A stretch of 64,000 nucleotides of DNA from Methanobacteriota archaeon (lineage in GTDB: Archaea; Thermoplasmatota; Thermoplasmata; SG8-5; DAIRED01), in NCBI GenBank assembly GCA_043799545.1, contig JAZDNO010000002.1:1-64000 (forward strand), read 5' to 3'. Below the pieces are notes generated by a model. It did not search any database. It saw only the letters and a list, made by a program, of their open reading frames with translations, and was not told the DNA's origin. Shown in pieces: positions 20,105 through 29,315 of the stretch. The position numbers and the translations under genes are program-made. How positions within the stretch are numbered: position 1 is the stretch's first letter; each line of letters starts with the position of its first letter.

Positions 20105-20335
20105 ATGCAGAATGGAAAAAAGAAAGGATACGAGTACGAGCTTTGCATCGCGCGCCTCGACACGACGGGGCGAACGATCCGGGTCAGCTCCATCGATCTT
20201 TCGACTACCTCGGCGTTCGTCTTCGGCGGCGGTTTCGGTTTCTGCGGCCTTGGGATTTGCTCTATCCAGACCAAACCGAACCGTAAGGCTGAAAAGAACG
20301 ACGGTGCCATTGCCATCCCATTCGCAAGGCAATAG
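20105..20335 (+). CDS. Small hypothetical protein, 76 aa
   Basis: Perfect AGGAGGTGA Shine-Dalgarno 4 nt upstream of ATG; no recognisable family. Confidence 0.45.
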   Translation: MQNGKKKGYEYELCIARLDTTGRTIRVSSIDLSTTSAFVFGGGFGFCGLGICSIQTKPNRKAEKNDGAIAIPFARQ

Positions 20336-20438
20336 GATGCGATTGTAGTAAATTATTTATATCCGATTTTGACAAATTAATAAACTATTTCCACAGTTAA
20401 AATTAAATAGGCCGGCTCCCATTGATATCCGGTGAGGG

Positions 20439-21482
20439 ATGCGATTCACGGATAATGAGAAGGCAACCCTTTACGGGCTCGTGAAATACCCCGATTTGAA
20501 CGACCGTGAGTTGGCAGACAGGATAGATGCAAAGCTGTCGACCGTCACTGCCATCAGGCGCAGGCTTCTGGAGAACGGCGTCCTGAAGGACGTCACGCTC
20601 CCCATGATGGATGCTCTTGGTTCAGAGATTCTGGTAATTGGCTACGGCCCGCTCAACCCCTCCAACAAAAACGCGCACAGCGAGATGGCGAGAAAAATCT
20701 CCGGGACGTGCGGTTGCGCGTTCCTTCTGGCGGACGCGATGGATTACGGTTTTTTCGTCGGCTGCGCCAACAACTACACGGACATAAAAAGCGATCTGGA
20801 CGGGCTGAACCACTACCTCACCCATGCCGGATTGGGAAGCGAACCCTGGAACTACGCCCTCTTTCCGTTCGCAGTATCCAAGATTCTGAACTGTTTCGAT
20901 TTCTCGCCAACGCTCAGCAGCGCCATCGGCATCGAGCAGGAATCGGCTGCCCTGGACTTGGGGTTTAAAAAACTCAAACGCGCGGACCTCTCCCTAAAGG
21001 AGAAGGCAGTCCTGAAAGGGATTGTAAGCAACCCTGGCGTTCCCGATTCGCACCTTGCGGACATAGTCGACGTTTCGAGGCAGGCAATCGCAGAGATGAA
21101 GCGCCGATTCATCGACGAGGGCATCGTCAGGAACATCCGCGTTCCCGACCTCCGGCAAGTCGGCTGCGAGCTCGTCACGCTAACGCACAGCCAATTCAAC
21201 CCGCGCAGCCAGCTTGTTGAAAGGAAGGAAGGGATACGCCTCATGATGGATGAGTCGCCGCATCTGTTCGCCGTTTCGGGCAGCTTCGAAAACGTCATGC
21301 TGCATTCGCACGTCAGCTATTCACACCTCGACGCCGTGAAAAAGCGCCTGCTCGGATATTACAAGACGCACGATTTCATCCGCGGCGAACCGAGGATATC
21401 GATATTCCTGACCGCGAACATGAGCTTTCCAATATGGTTCAAATTCGACAATATTCTTGAAAAGACCCTGGGGACTAGCTGA
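20439..21482 (+). CDS. Transcription regulator with two tandem Lrp/AsnC-like HTH units
   Basis: EKATLYGLVKYPDLNDRELA...TVTAIRRRL and EKAVLKGIVSNPGVPDSHLA...AIAEMKRRF are mutually similar. Confidence 0.8.
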   Translation: MRFTDNEKATLYGLVKYPDLNDRELADRIDAKLSTVTAIRRRLLENGVLKDVTLPMMDALGSEILVIGYGPLNPSNKNAHSEMARKISGTCGCAFLLADAMDYGFFVGCANNYTDIKSDLDGLNHYLTHAGLGSEPWNYALFPFAVSKILNCFDFSPTLSSAIGIEQESAALDLGFKKLKRADLSLKEKAVLKGIVSNPGVPDSHLADIVDVSRQAIAEMKRRFIDEGIVRNIRVPDLRQVGCELVTLTHSQFNPRSQLVERKEGIRLMMDESPHLFAVSGSFENVMLHSHVSYSHLDAVKKRLLGYYKTHDFIRGEPRISIFLTANMSFPIWFKFDNILEKTLGTS

Positions 21483-24400
21483 GGACTAGGTCCACTTCCT
21501 TCTCCAGGTTGTTCAATTCGTTGCTGGACATCGTATCGGGGTTCACGGGCATCACGAGGATGGAACGGTTGATCGCCACCTGGTCCCTCAAGGACTGGAT
21601 GAGCCTCAGGACAGTTATGAAGCTGTTGTTGGTTATCAGGTACTCCAGCCCGTCCAGGAGTATTATTCCGCCCTGCTTCGCGAGGAACTGCTCTAGCGAA
21701 AGGCTGAGCTTCTCGAGGTCCTTGGGCCTGACGGAGTCCTTGGTCCCGACGTTGGAAAGCCACAGAATGGGCGTTTCTCCTAGGCCGTACATCTCGCGGA
21801 TTTTATCGGGGAAGTTCCTGGTCACGCAGAAGCCCTTCCTGCCCGATTCAATGTACTTCTTGAGCAACTTATAGGCGCGGAGCGACCGGTCCTCGCGAAC
21901 GAGGTACGTGAAGCCGTCCTTGAGGTCCATTTCTTCGGGCTCCGGCTTATCTTCTTCCGCCGCCTTCTGAACCCGTGCACCCGCCTGCGCTTCCGCGACA
22001 ATCACCTCGGGAGCGAGCTCCTCCGGCTGCGGCGCCCGGGATTGCTGGGGCTCCTTCGCCTCCACAATCAGGTCGGTCTTGGGAGAAAGCGAATCAAGAG
22101 CCTCTCGCGCCCTCTGATGGTTCGGCTCGCTGTCCAGCGCAGCCCTCAGCAGCTGCCTCGCCTCGTCGGCGTTTCCCTGCTCGAGCACCGTCATCGCTTT
22201 GGAGTACAGCAAATTCGGGTCCTCGGGCCTGGCAGAGAGCTTTTTGTCCAGGGCTTCCACGGTCTTCATCTGTTTCTCAATCAGCTTTGTCTCCTGCTCG
22301 TCGTCCCCCTCGAACTGGGTGCCGCACCTGGGGCATTTCTTAGCGCTCAGGCTCACGATTGCGTTGCACAGGGAGCACATCTGGGTCTCGGGCTTCGCCT
22401 TGGTAGAGAACGCCTCGATGACCTTCCTGGCCGTTACCTTGCCGACCTTGTCGACGCGCCTGAGGTCATCCTCCGAAGCGGCGCCGAGCTTCTCTGTCGT
22501 GTCATAGCCAGCCCGATACAGTGACCGGGCAACCTGCTTGCTGACGCTTGCGCCCTCCGTCACCGCCTGCACGAAAGAGTCCATGTCTTGGGACATGGCC
22601 TCCTCTTCCTCAGCCGGCTCGGGAGATGGCAATTGCACCGCGACTGTCACGATTTTCTGGGGAGCTGGCCTTGGCTCCTGCGCCGCAGCCTCTGGAACTG
22701 ATGCCAACTGCGGTTCCGGGACTTGCGGCGGCGCGCTGCCGATGTCTTTTGTGAGTTCCACCAACGCATCATCGCGCTGTTCCACCGGGCTTGGCTTCCT
22801 CATGTCTTCGATGACTTCGAGAAGCTTTCTCCCGCGCTCGGCGATCTTCGCGGGCGATGGAGCCCCATCCTCCTCTGAAAGGGTCTCCTCCAAGGCGCTT
22901 GTCAGCTCGCCCTCTACGTCGCCGTCTCCTTCCAGCCCCTCACCAGGGATGAGGCTGGCGCCGCACCGCTGACACTCGACGGCTCCCTGTCCCAATGTTT
23001 TCTCGCAGACGGGGCAGGTAATCTCCGTCGGCTCCTTCAGCCCGTCGGGCATCTCGAGCCAGTCGTGGATGCTTCGTATGACTGCGTGGCTCATACCAGG
23101 TATCTTGAGGGCGTCCTCCTTGGGAGCCTGCGTCACAGACTCCAGCGTCCAGAATCCCGACGTGAATATCGCCACAGCGAGTGACTTCTCGATTCCCGGC
23201 ACCTTCATGAACTCCTGGACGGCGACCTTCATCCGAATCGGTGTGATGCCTAACACGACATTGTGCCCGCCCATGGGCCACTCGACCACGTACTCCTCCT
23301 CCACGTCGACGCCGAAGGCCAGTTCCGAGCATCTGGTCTCGGCCAGTATCGTGTCCTCCCATCGCTCGAGCGAGGGCTGGACTTCGTCGTCTGCCGACAC
23401 TGTGGCCTTGATGAAATCCTCCACGTCCATTTCGATGTCCTTGCGCATCTCCTGCATGCGCCGGATTACGTCCCGAGCGAGACCCTCCGAGCGTATCTCG
23501 TCGTCGACCTCGACGTTCACGAACACGCTCCCCCCGGCTATTTCGCCCCTGACGATATTGCTCGGCAATTTTGTTGTGAAAGTGACCATCTCCGGGAGGA
23601 TTTCTATCAACTGCCCTTCGATACCGAGCTTGTAGACACCCTTCTCGATGTCCTCCTTAATCTTTTTAGCCGGGCGGATCTCCAGCATCCTAGCAATCTT
23701 CTTTTCCCAGAGCTTGTAGGCCTTGCCTATCACGTTGGGGTTCGGGTGGACCTGGATTTCTAGACCGGCCCACTCGTGTCCGGACGGGACGACCTCAATC
23801 TCCTTGGTGTTGGCCTGCTTTTTAATTACCTGCTCGAACATACCCACGGCATCGGCAATCTTTTGATCTTTAACCTCGACGGTTATCCTCTTGACAGGCC
23901 ACCTCAGCTTGTGGCCGACCAACTGTCGCGCCTGGTTTGCAGCAGAGGCGATTTCCCTGGCGACCAGCATCTGCTCCTCCAATTTCAAGTCGTGCCTTTC
24001 CTTGAAGCTAGCGGGCCAATCGCACATATGAACCGAAACCAGTTTGCCGTCGACATTTTGATATATATCTTCCGCCAAATACGGCGTGAACGGAGCCAAA
24101 AGCTTCGAGAGAGTGCCGAGGACTTCCGACATAGTCCAGTAGAGTGCCTTTTTATCCTCCGGCTGCCCAACGGACCAGGCCCTTTCCCTCACGAGCTTGA
24201 GATACCATCGCGAGAGGTCGGCGAGGACGTAATCCTCTATCGCGCCCAGCGCCTTGTGCATCGATTGCGCCTGCATCTCCGAGGCAACCGCGTCCTTCAA
24301 GGTTTCCAGCCTCGATAGCACCCAGCGGTCCTCCGGCGTCAGGCTCTTCTGGACTATCTCATGATTCGTCTCCATGTCGTACGCGTCCATGTTCATGTAC

Positions 24401-26394
24401 GAAGCCGCGAACCTGTACACGTTCCAAAGCGTGTTCAGGAATTTAACCGATGCGTGCACATCTTCCGGGTTGTACCGGATGTCCTCCCACGGCGCGACCT
24501 TCCCGATGAGGTACACGCGCAGGGCATCCCTCCCGTGGCCATCTATCGCCTCCATCGGCGAGACCGCGTTTCCCGATGTTTTGGACATCGGTTTTCCCGA
24601 CTGGTCGCAAATCCAGCCGTGAACGAGGGCCGACTTGTACGGCATCCGGTCGAAGACGAGCGACGATGCGACAATCTGGACGTATAGCCATCCTTTGGCC
24701 TGGTCGTGTGCCTCGGTGACCCAGTCGCACGGCCACCAGCGCTTGAACTCGTCGCGCTTCGAGGGATATCCCAGCTGGGCCCAGGTCGCCACGCTCGCGT
24801 CGAACCACACATCCAGCACGTCGGGCACGCGCTTCATCGCGCCGCCGCATTTGGGGCAGTCGAGCCTCACGCTGTCCAGAGCCGGCCTGTGCAGGTCCAT
24901 GCCGTCGCGGAATCCCGCTACGCCCTTGAGCTCTTTGACGCTGCCGACGATTTCCACGTGCCCGCACATGTCCGTGATGCACTCCCAGACGGGCATCGGA
25001 ATCCCCCAGTATCTCTGCCGGGATACGCACCAGTCCCTTGCCTTGTCCGCGAAGCAGTAAACGTTGGATGAGCCCGCATACTGCGGCGCCCAGTTGATCG
25101 CCTTGATACCGCGCATCATCTTTTCCCGGGCGTCCGAGGCCTTCACGAACCATTGCTTGCTCGCCCTGTGCATCAATGGGGTTCGGCATCTCCAGCACAT
25201 TCCCTGCCTGTGCGTCCCCTGACCCGCGTGAAGGAGGAACCTCATAGACGCCAGGTCGGATACCACCTGCTTCGAGGCCTCCGCCAATGTCTTTCCAGCG
25301 TACTTCAGGCCGCTCTCGGTCGTGAACACCGCCCTTTCGTCAACCGGAGAGAATGCAGGCAGACCGTGCGCCTTGGCGATGTCGAAATCGTCCGAGCTAA
25401 AACCGGGTGCCACGTGCACAACTCCCGTGTGGTTCTTCGTGACCTTTGCCGATGGAACCACTTTGTGGACCCATTCGCCCTTGACCCCCTTCAGGTACGG
25501 CACGTCCGCCATCAGCGGATGGAAATACTGGAGCCCGACGAGCCTGTCACCCTTCAATGTCTCAGTTATCTCGTAGGCCTCTATCCCTGTGGCATTGGCC
25601 ATCGCCTCCACGTTGTCCTCCAGAAGGTACATCGTCTCGACCTTGCCCCCTTTCCGAATCTTGACCTTCGCATAATTCAATTCCGGGTTGACGGCGACGG
25701 CCAGATTACCGATGATGGTCCACGGGGTCGTCACCCATATCAAAAGGTATTCGTCCCGCTTCCCACGCAGCGGGAGCTTGAAGAATATCGAATCGCCGGT
25801 CGCTCCAGCGTATGAAATTTCCTGCTCGGACAGGGCCGTCTCGCACCTGGGGCACCATGGGACAGCCCTCTCCTCGCGGACCAGGTGCTCGCTTGAATGC
25901 AATTTCTTTAACGTCCACCAGGCGCTCTCGATGTAGTCGTTCGATGAGCTGAGGTACGGCGCGTTCCAGTCCATCCATATGCCCAGGTCTGCGAACTCGG
26001 CGGTCATCTGCTTCTGGTTTGCATCCGCCATCTCCCGGCAGCGCATCACGAATTTATCCACGCCACCATCGTCAATCTGCCTCTTGCGCTCGAAGCCCAG
26101 CGCCTTTTCGATTTGAATCTCGATGGGGAGACCGTGCATGTCGAAGCCTGGCTGGTCGCGCACGTTGAACCCCTGCATCCGCCTGAATCTCAGCATGGCG
26201 TCCTTGAGAACCTTGTTCCTGGCGGTTCCCATGTGCACCGGCCCGCTGGCGTATGGAGGGCCGTCCACGAAGAAGAACTCTTTACCCTTTGAGCGCAGAT
26301 TCCTAGCGCGCTCGTAAGCCCTGGTTTTGCTCCAGAACTCGGCGTACTTCGGCTCTATGGATTTCGGGTCGTATCTCTTGTCAGGAACCTTCAA
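21475..26394 (-). CDS. ileS: Isoleucyl-tRNA synthetase-like protein fused to HhH, Zn-ribbon, TPR and DUF835-like domains (1639 aa)
   Basis: DGPPYASG.VHMGT, GFDMHGLPIE, CWRC, SRQRYWG, PDVLDVWFD; C-terminal LWLS...IILLDGLEYLITNNSF DUF835 pattern; TTG start. Confidence 0.9.
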   Translation of the reverse strand: MKVPDKRYDPKSIEPKYAEFWSKTRAYERARNLRSKGKEFFFVDGPPYASGPVHMGTARNKVLKDAMLRFRRMQGFNVRDQPGFDMHGLPIEIQIEKALGFERKRQIDDGGVDKFVMRCREMADANQKQMTAEFADLGIWMDWNAPYLSSSNDYIESAWWTLKKLHSSEHLVREERAVPWCPRCETALSEQEISYAGATGDSIFFKLPLRGKRDEYLLIWVTTPWTIIGNLAVAVNPELNYAKVKIRKGGKVETMYLLEDNVEAMANATGIEAYEITETLKGDRLVGLQYFHPLMADVPYLKGVKGEWVHKVVPSAKVTKNHTGVVHVAPGFSSDDFDIAKAHGLPAFSPVDERAVFTTESGLKYAGKTLAEASKQVVSDLASMRFLLHAGQGTHRQGMCWRCRTPLMHRASKQWFVKASDAREKMMRGIKAINWAPQYAGSSNVYCFADKARDWCVSRQRYWGIPMPVWECITDMCGHVEIVGSVKELKGVAGFRDGMDLHRPALDSVRLDCPKCGGAMKRVPDVLDVWFDASVATWAQLGYPSKRDEFKRWWPCDWVTEAHDQAKGWLYVQIVASSLVFDRMPYKSALVHGWICDQSGKPMSKTSGNAVSPMEAIDGHGRDALRVYLIGKVAPWEDIRYNPEDVHASVKFLNTLWNVYRFAASYMNMDAYDMETNHEIVQKSLTPEDRWVLSRLETLKDAVASEMQAQSMHKALGAIEDYVLADLSRWYLKLVRERAWSVGQPEDKKALYWTMSEVLGTLSKLLAPFTPYLAEDIYQNVDGKLVSVHMCDWPASFKERHDLKLEEQMLVAREIASAANQARQLVGHKLRWPVKRITVEVKDQKIADAVGMFEQVIKKQANTKEIEVVPSGHEWAGLEIQVHPNPNVIGKAYKLWEKKIARMLEIRPAKKIKEDIEKGVYKLGIEGQLIEILPEMVTFTTKLPSNIVRGEIAGGSVFVNVEVDDEIRSEGLARDVIRRMQEMRKDIEMDVEDFIKATVSADDEVQPSLERWEDTILAETRCSELAFGVDVEEEYVVEWPMGGHNVVLGITPIRMKVAVQEFMKVPGIEKSLAVAIFTSGFWTLESVTQAPKEDALKIPGMSHAVIRSIHDWLEMPDGLKEPTEITCPVCEKTLGQGAVECQRCGASLIPGEGLEGDGDVEGELTSALEETLSEEDGAPSPAKIAERGRKLLEVIEDMRKPSPVEQRDDALVELTKDIGSAPPQVPEPQLASVPEAAAQEPRPAPQKIVTVAVQLPSPEPAEEEEAMSQDMDSFVQAVTEGASVSKQVARSLYRAGYDTTEKLGAASEDDLRRVDKVGKVTARKVIEAFSTKAKPETQMCSLCNAIVSLSAKKCPRCGTQFEGDDEQETKLIEKQMKTVEALDKKLSARPEDPNLLYSKAMTVLEQGNADEARQLLRAALDSEPNHQRAREALDSLSPKTDLIVEAKEPQQSRAPQPEELAPEVIVAEAQAGARVQKAAEEDKPEPEEMDLKDGFTYLVREDRSLRAYKLLKKYIESGRKGFCVTRNFPDKIREMYGLGETPILWLSNVGTKDSVRPKDLEKLSLSLEQFLAKQGGIILLDGLEYLITNNSFITVLRLIQSLRDQVAINRSILVMPVNPDTMSSNELNNLEKEVDLVLS

Positions 26395-26526
26395 TATATT
26401 ACCGCTCCCTGCATTCTCGCCAACGTTCCAACACTGGTATGATGTACGTAATGCGTTAACATATTAAAAAGGTATCTTGCTTGCCCGCCAGAGTATAAAA
26501 TCCCAGCGAAAGATGCTCTGGCACGG

Positions 26527-26860
26527 TGGGGCCGGGACCTGAACCGAAGCGGTGAAGGTCCAGCCGCATCTGCCCCCGTACAAACTCCCAACAAAAGATG
26601 CGGCGTATATATTTTCCAAGATAGAAGCTAAATAAAAACTGGGACCGGGACCGAGATTCCAGGACGAAACGTCTGTTTCGTCCAGCTCGCGTTTTGCTTC
26701 GCAAAACTCTCGTGAACCCGGGTCAGAAATCCTTTTGAAAGCTGCTCTAGTAAAGAGGGGCCGGGACATGCGAAGCATGTCCAGCCGCATCTGCCCCCAT
26801 ACAAACTCCCAACAAAAGATGCGGCGTATATATTTTCCAAGATAGAAGCTAAATAAAAAC
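26527..26860 (-). repeat. Tandem array of tRNA-His 3'-end copies with hairpin cassettes
   Basis: 101-bp direct repeat 26558-26658 / 26779-26879 (2 mismatches); three extra ggg(g/a)ccgggac tRNA ends at 26527, 26640, 26757. Confidence 0.92.
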
Positions 26861-26938
26861 TGGGGCCGGGACCGAGATTTGAACCCGGGTCAGGGGATCC
26901 ACAGTCCCCAAGGATAACCAAGCTACCCCACCCCGGCC
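26861..26938 (-). tRNA. tRNA-His (GTG), G-1 and CCA encoded
   Basis: GCCGGGG/TCCCGGC acceptor, GGGGA-CTGTGGA-TCCCC anticodon arm, CCGGG-TTCAAAT-CTCGG T arm, C73 then CCA. Confidence 0.96.
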
Positions 26939-27075
26939 ATATTGTGGGAGTGTGGGATACATGGACTTGAATAAAAAGGTTGCTGATGCCTGACCAGAGG
27001 ATACGTGCACGTTGGATTGTGGTAAATAATCAAAATGGATTGTAAAGGATTTGAAACTTCTCCGGCGCTTCAGCC

Positions 27076-28854
27076 CTACGACCCGCCGCCGAAGAACCCT
27101 CTGAGCAGCGGATGCATCTCCATCATCTGCTCCCTGCCGATGGCCTCGTAGGTCTGTATCATGATGCCGACGGCCAGCAGAACGCCCGTTCCACTGGTAT
27201 TGCCAACAGTGCCCAGCAAATCGGCGAAGAATGCCAGACCTCCCACGATGGCTCCAGAGAGCACCGTCACCACCGGGATATACCTTTTCAACACCATCTC
27301 TGAAAGGACTCGGGGGTCCCGCCTGAACCCGGGTATCTGCATCCCGCTCTCCATTATCTGGTCGGCCACAGCCTCAGGACCCATGTTCGTCGTCTCAATC
27401 CAGAACTTGGCGAATAGGACGGAACCGATTATCATCACCCCGCCATAGACCGCAAGATGTATGCCCACCTGGACCACGCTCTTCCCTTCAGGCAGATAGC
27501 CGCTGTTGAAGAATGGCAGTAGCCAATCGCCAATGCCATTGATGGACGAGAGGTACCATGCCAGACCTCCGGCTGGCGTCGTCTGGCCTTCGATATAATA
27601 GCCTATGTTCGTCGCTTGCGACCACATCCCTTCCCTGCCGAGGATTGGCCAGTTGGCAAAGAACGGATTTGACCAGAATAGCAAAGAGAACATGCTGACG
27701 TTTGCCAGCACAGCGGCGATAAGGATGACGGGGATGTTCGAAGCGTAAATCAAACGTATCGGGTAACGACCGCGAGCCCCCCTGGCGCTCTCATGAGCAA
27801 GTGGAAGCTCTATGCGGCACGACTCGACGTAGGCGACGAAGAAGAATATGCTCAGCGTTCCCACGAGCGCGATGATTGGATTTGGCGGTTGTATCAGTAT
27901 CCTTTCATAACCACCACCGGCCATAGAACCTGACGACATCTCGCCGAAGAAATAAAACGTCTTCGGAAACGTCCCTACTGGCGGGTTGTTGATGCTGATG
28001 GGGGATGCCGTGTCTGCCGGCATCCAGTTCAAGGTCCCTGTGAATATCGATTCGGCGACTCCCGCAGCGATGAACAATGATATGCCGCTTCCAATCCCCC
28101 ACTTGGATACGGTCTCATCCATCAAGAAGACGAGATACGAGCCGAAGCACAACTGCGCGACGATGATGAATTTCGCAAGATTCTCACCATTGCCAGCCAT
28201 CATCCCGTCCATGTTGGAAATGAACTTTGTCGATGGCTGCAGGTACCCGTAGACCTGCGGTACCGCCTCGACTACAATCATTATCACGACCAGGAGCTTC
28301 TGCACGCTCTGGTAGACCGCCTTGTCGTCTTCGTCGGTGAGCTTGAGGTTGATAATCTTCGCGCCGACGAACAACTGCATGATGATCGAGCCTGTGACTA
28401 TCGGTCCGATTCCGAGGTGCATCAGCGAGCCCTGCGCCCCCGCCATAATGGCCCTGTAGCTCTCGAACAGGTCGACCGTCTCGGCCTGGTCAAGACCGTA
28501 TATCATCACGTTTGTCAGGATGAAATACAGGATGAGAATTACTATGAGCCAAACAAGCTTCGTGCGGAAGTGGACGTGTCCGTCCGGCTTCTTCACGGAT
28601 GGGAGTCTCGTAGCGAGCCCCTTGAGGCCGTAGAGCATGCTTTTCTTGCTGCCATCGGGCTTCGCGCCCTCGAAGGATAACATCAAGGCCAGAACCACGA
28701 AGAGGAAGAAGAAAGCCGTCCCCAACATGCCTAGGACGACCATGCTCGGCTTGGCCCACCAGTTGTAGGCCACCATCGTAACGGCGTAGATAGCCATGAT
28801 GGCTATTACCCAGCCCGGATTGTACCTCTCTCCTTCGTCTGGCATCGCAATCAC
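27076..28854 (-). CDS. secY: Preprotein translocase SecY with N-terminal 2-TM extension
   Basis: LPSVKKPDGHVHFRTKL, LGIGPIVTGSII, KWGIGSGISLFI, YASNIPVIL, IPGFRRDPR. Confidence 0.97.
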   Translation of the reverse strand: MIAMPDEGERYNPGWVIAIMAIYAVTMVAYNWWAKPSMVVLGMLGTAFFFLFVVLALMLSFEGAKPDGSKKSMLYGLKGLATRLPSVKKPDGHVHFRTKLVWLIVILILYFILTNVMIYGLDQAETVDLFESYRAIMAGAQGSLMHLGIGPIVTGSIIMQLFVGAKIINLKLTDEDDKAVYQSVQKLLVVIMIVVEAVPQVYGYLQPSTKFISNMDGMMAGNGENLAKFIIVAQLCFGSYLVFLMDETVSKWGIGSGISLFIAAGVAESIFTGTLNWMPADTASPISINNPPVGTFPKTFYFFGEMSSGSMAGGGYERILIQPPNPIIALVGTLSIFFFVAYVESCRIELPLAHESARGARGRYPIRLIYASNIPVILIAAVLANVSMFSLLFWSNPFFANWPILGREGMWSQATNIGYYIEGQTTPAGGLAWYLSSINGIGDWLLPFFNSGYLPEGKSVVQVGIHLAVYGGVMIIGSVLFAKFWIETTNMGPEAVADQIMESGMQIPGFRRDPRVLSEMVLKRYIPVVTVLSGAIVGGLAFFADLLGTVGNTSGTGVLLAVGIMIQTYEAIGREQMMEMHPLLRGFFGGGS

Positions 28855-29315
28855 TCACTTTTCTTCTTCTGCGGCTGCGGCGCAGCCGGCTTCGGCAGGA
28901 CGACCTCTCCGCCGGCGGCCTTGACCTTCGCCACGGCCTTTTCCGACGCCTCCGCCACGGTTATCTTCATCTTGTGCGTCACCGGACCGGTTCCCAAGAG
29001 CTTGTCTATGTGCATCGCCCCCAGGTCGATTGTGAACAGACCCTTGTCGTTCGCGGCCAATCCGCCCGCGACCCATTTAGCAAGGTTCATCTCAATGTCC
29101 GAGACGTTTATCGTGAATTTGCTCAAGACCGTGCACTGCGGCCTCTTGAAGCCGTGGCGCCCGAAGTGGTCCGGGTCGAACTTCAGCATGTGGATGTACT
29201 TGTGCTTGTGTAGGCCTGCGTTCCCGTGACCGCCGTGCTTTCCCGCGCCGCGACCGCCTTTCTTTCCCCTGCCGTGGGTCCTGCGGCCCCTGAATCTCTG
29301 GGTCTTGCTGACCAT
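28851..29315 (-). CDS. rpl15: 50S ribosomal protein uL15
   Basis: RGRRTHGRG, HFGRHGFKRP, KLLGTG. Confidence 0.96.
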   Translation of the reverse strand: MVSKTQRFRGRRTHGRGKKGGRGAGKHGGHGNAGLHKHKYIHMLKFDPDHFGRHGFKRPQCTVLSKFTINVSDIEMNLAKWVAGGLAANDKGLFTIDLGAMHIDKLLGTGPVTHKMKITVAEASEKAVAKVKAAGGEVVLPKPAAPQPQKKKSE

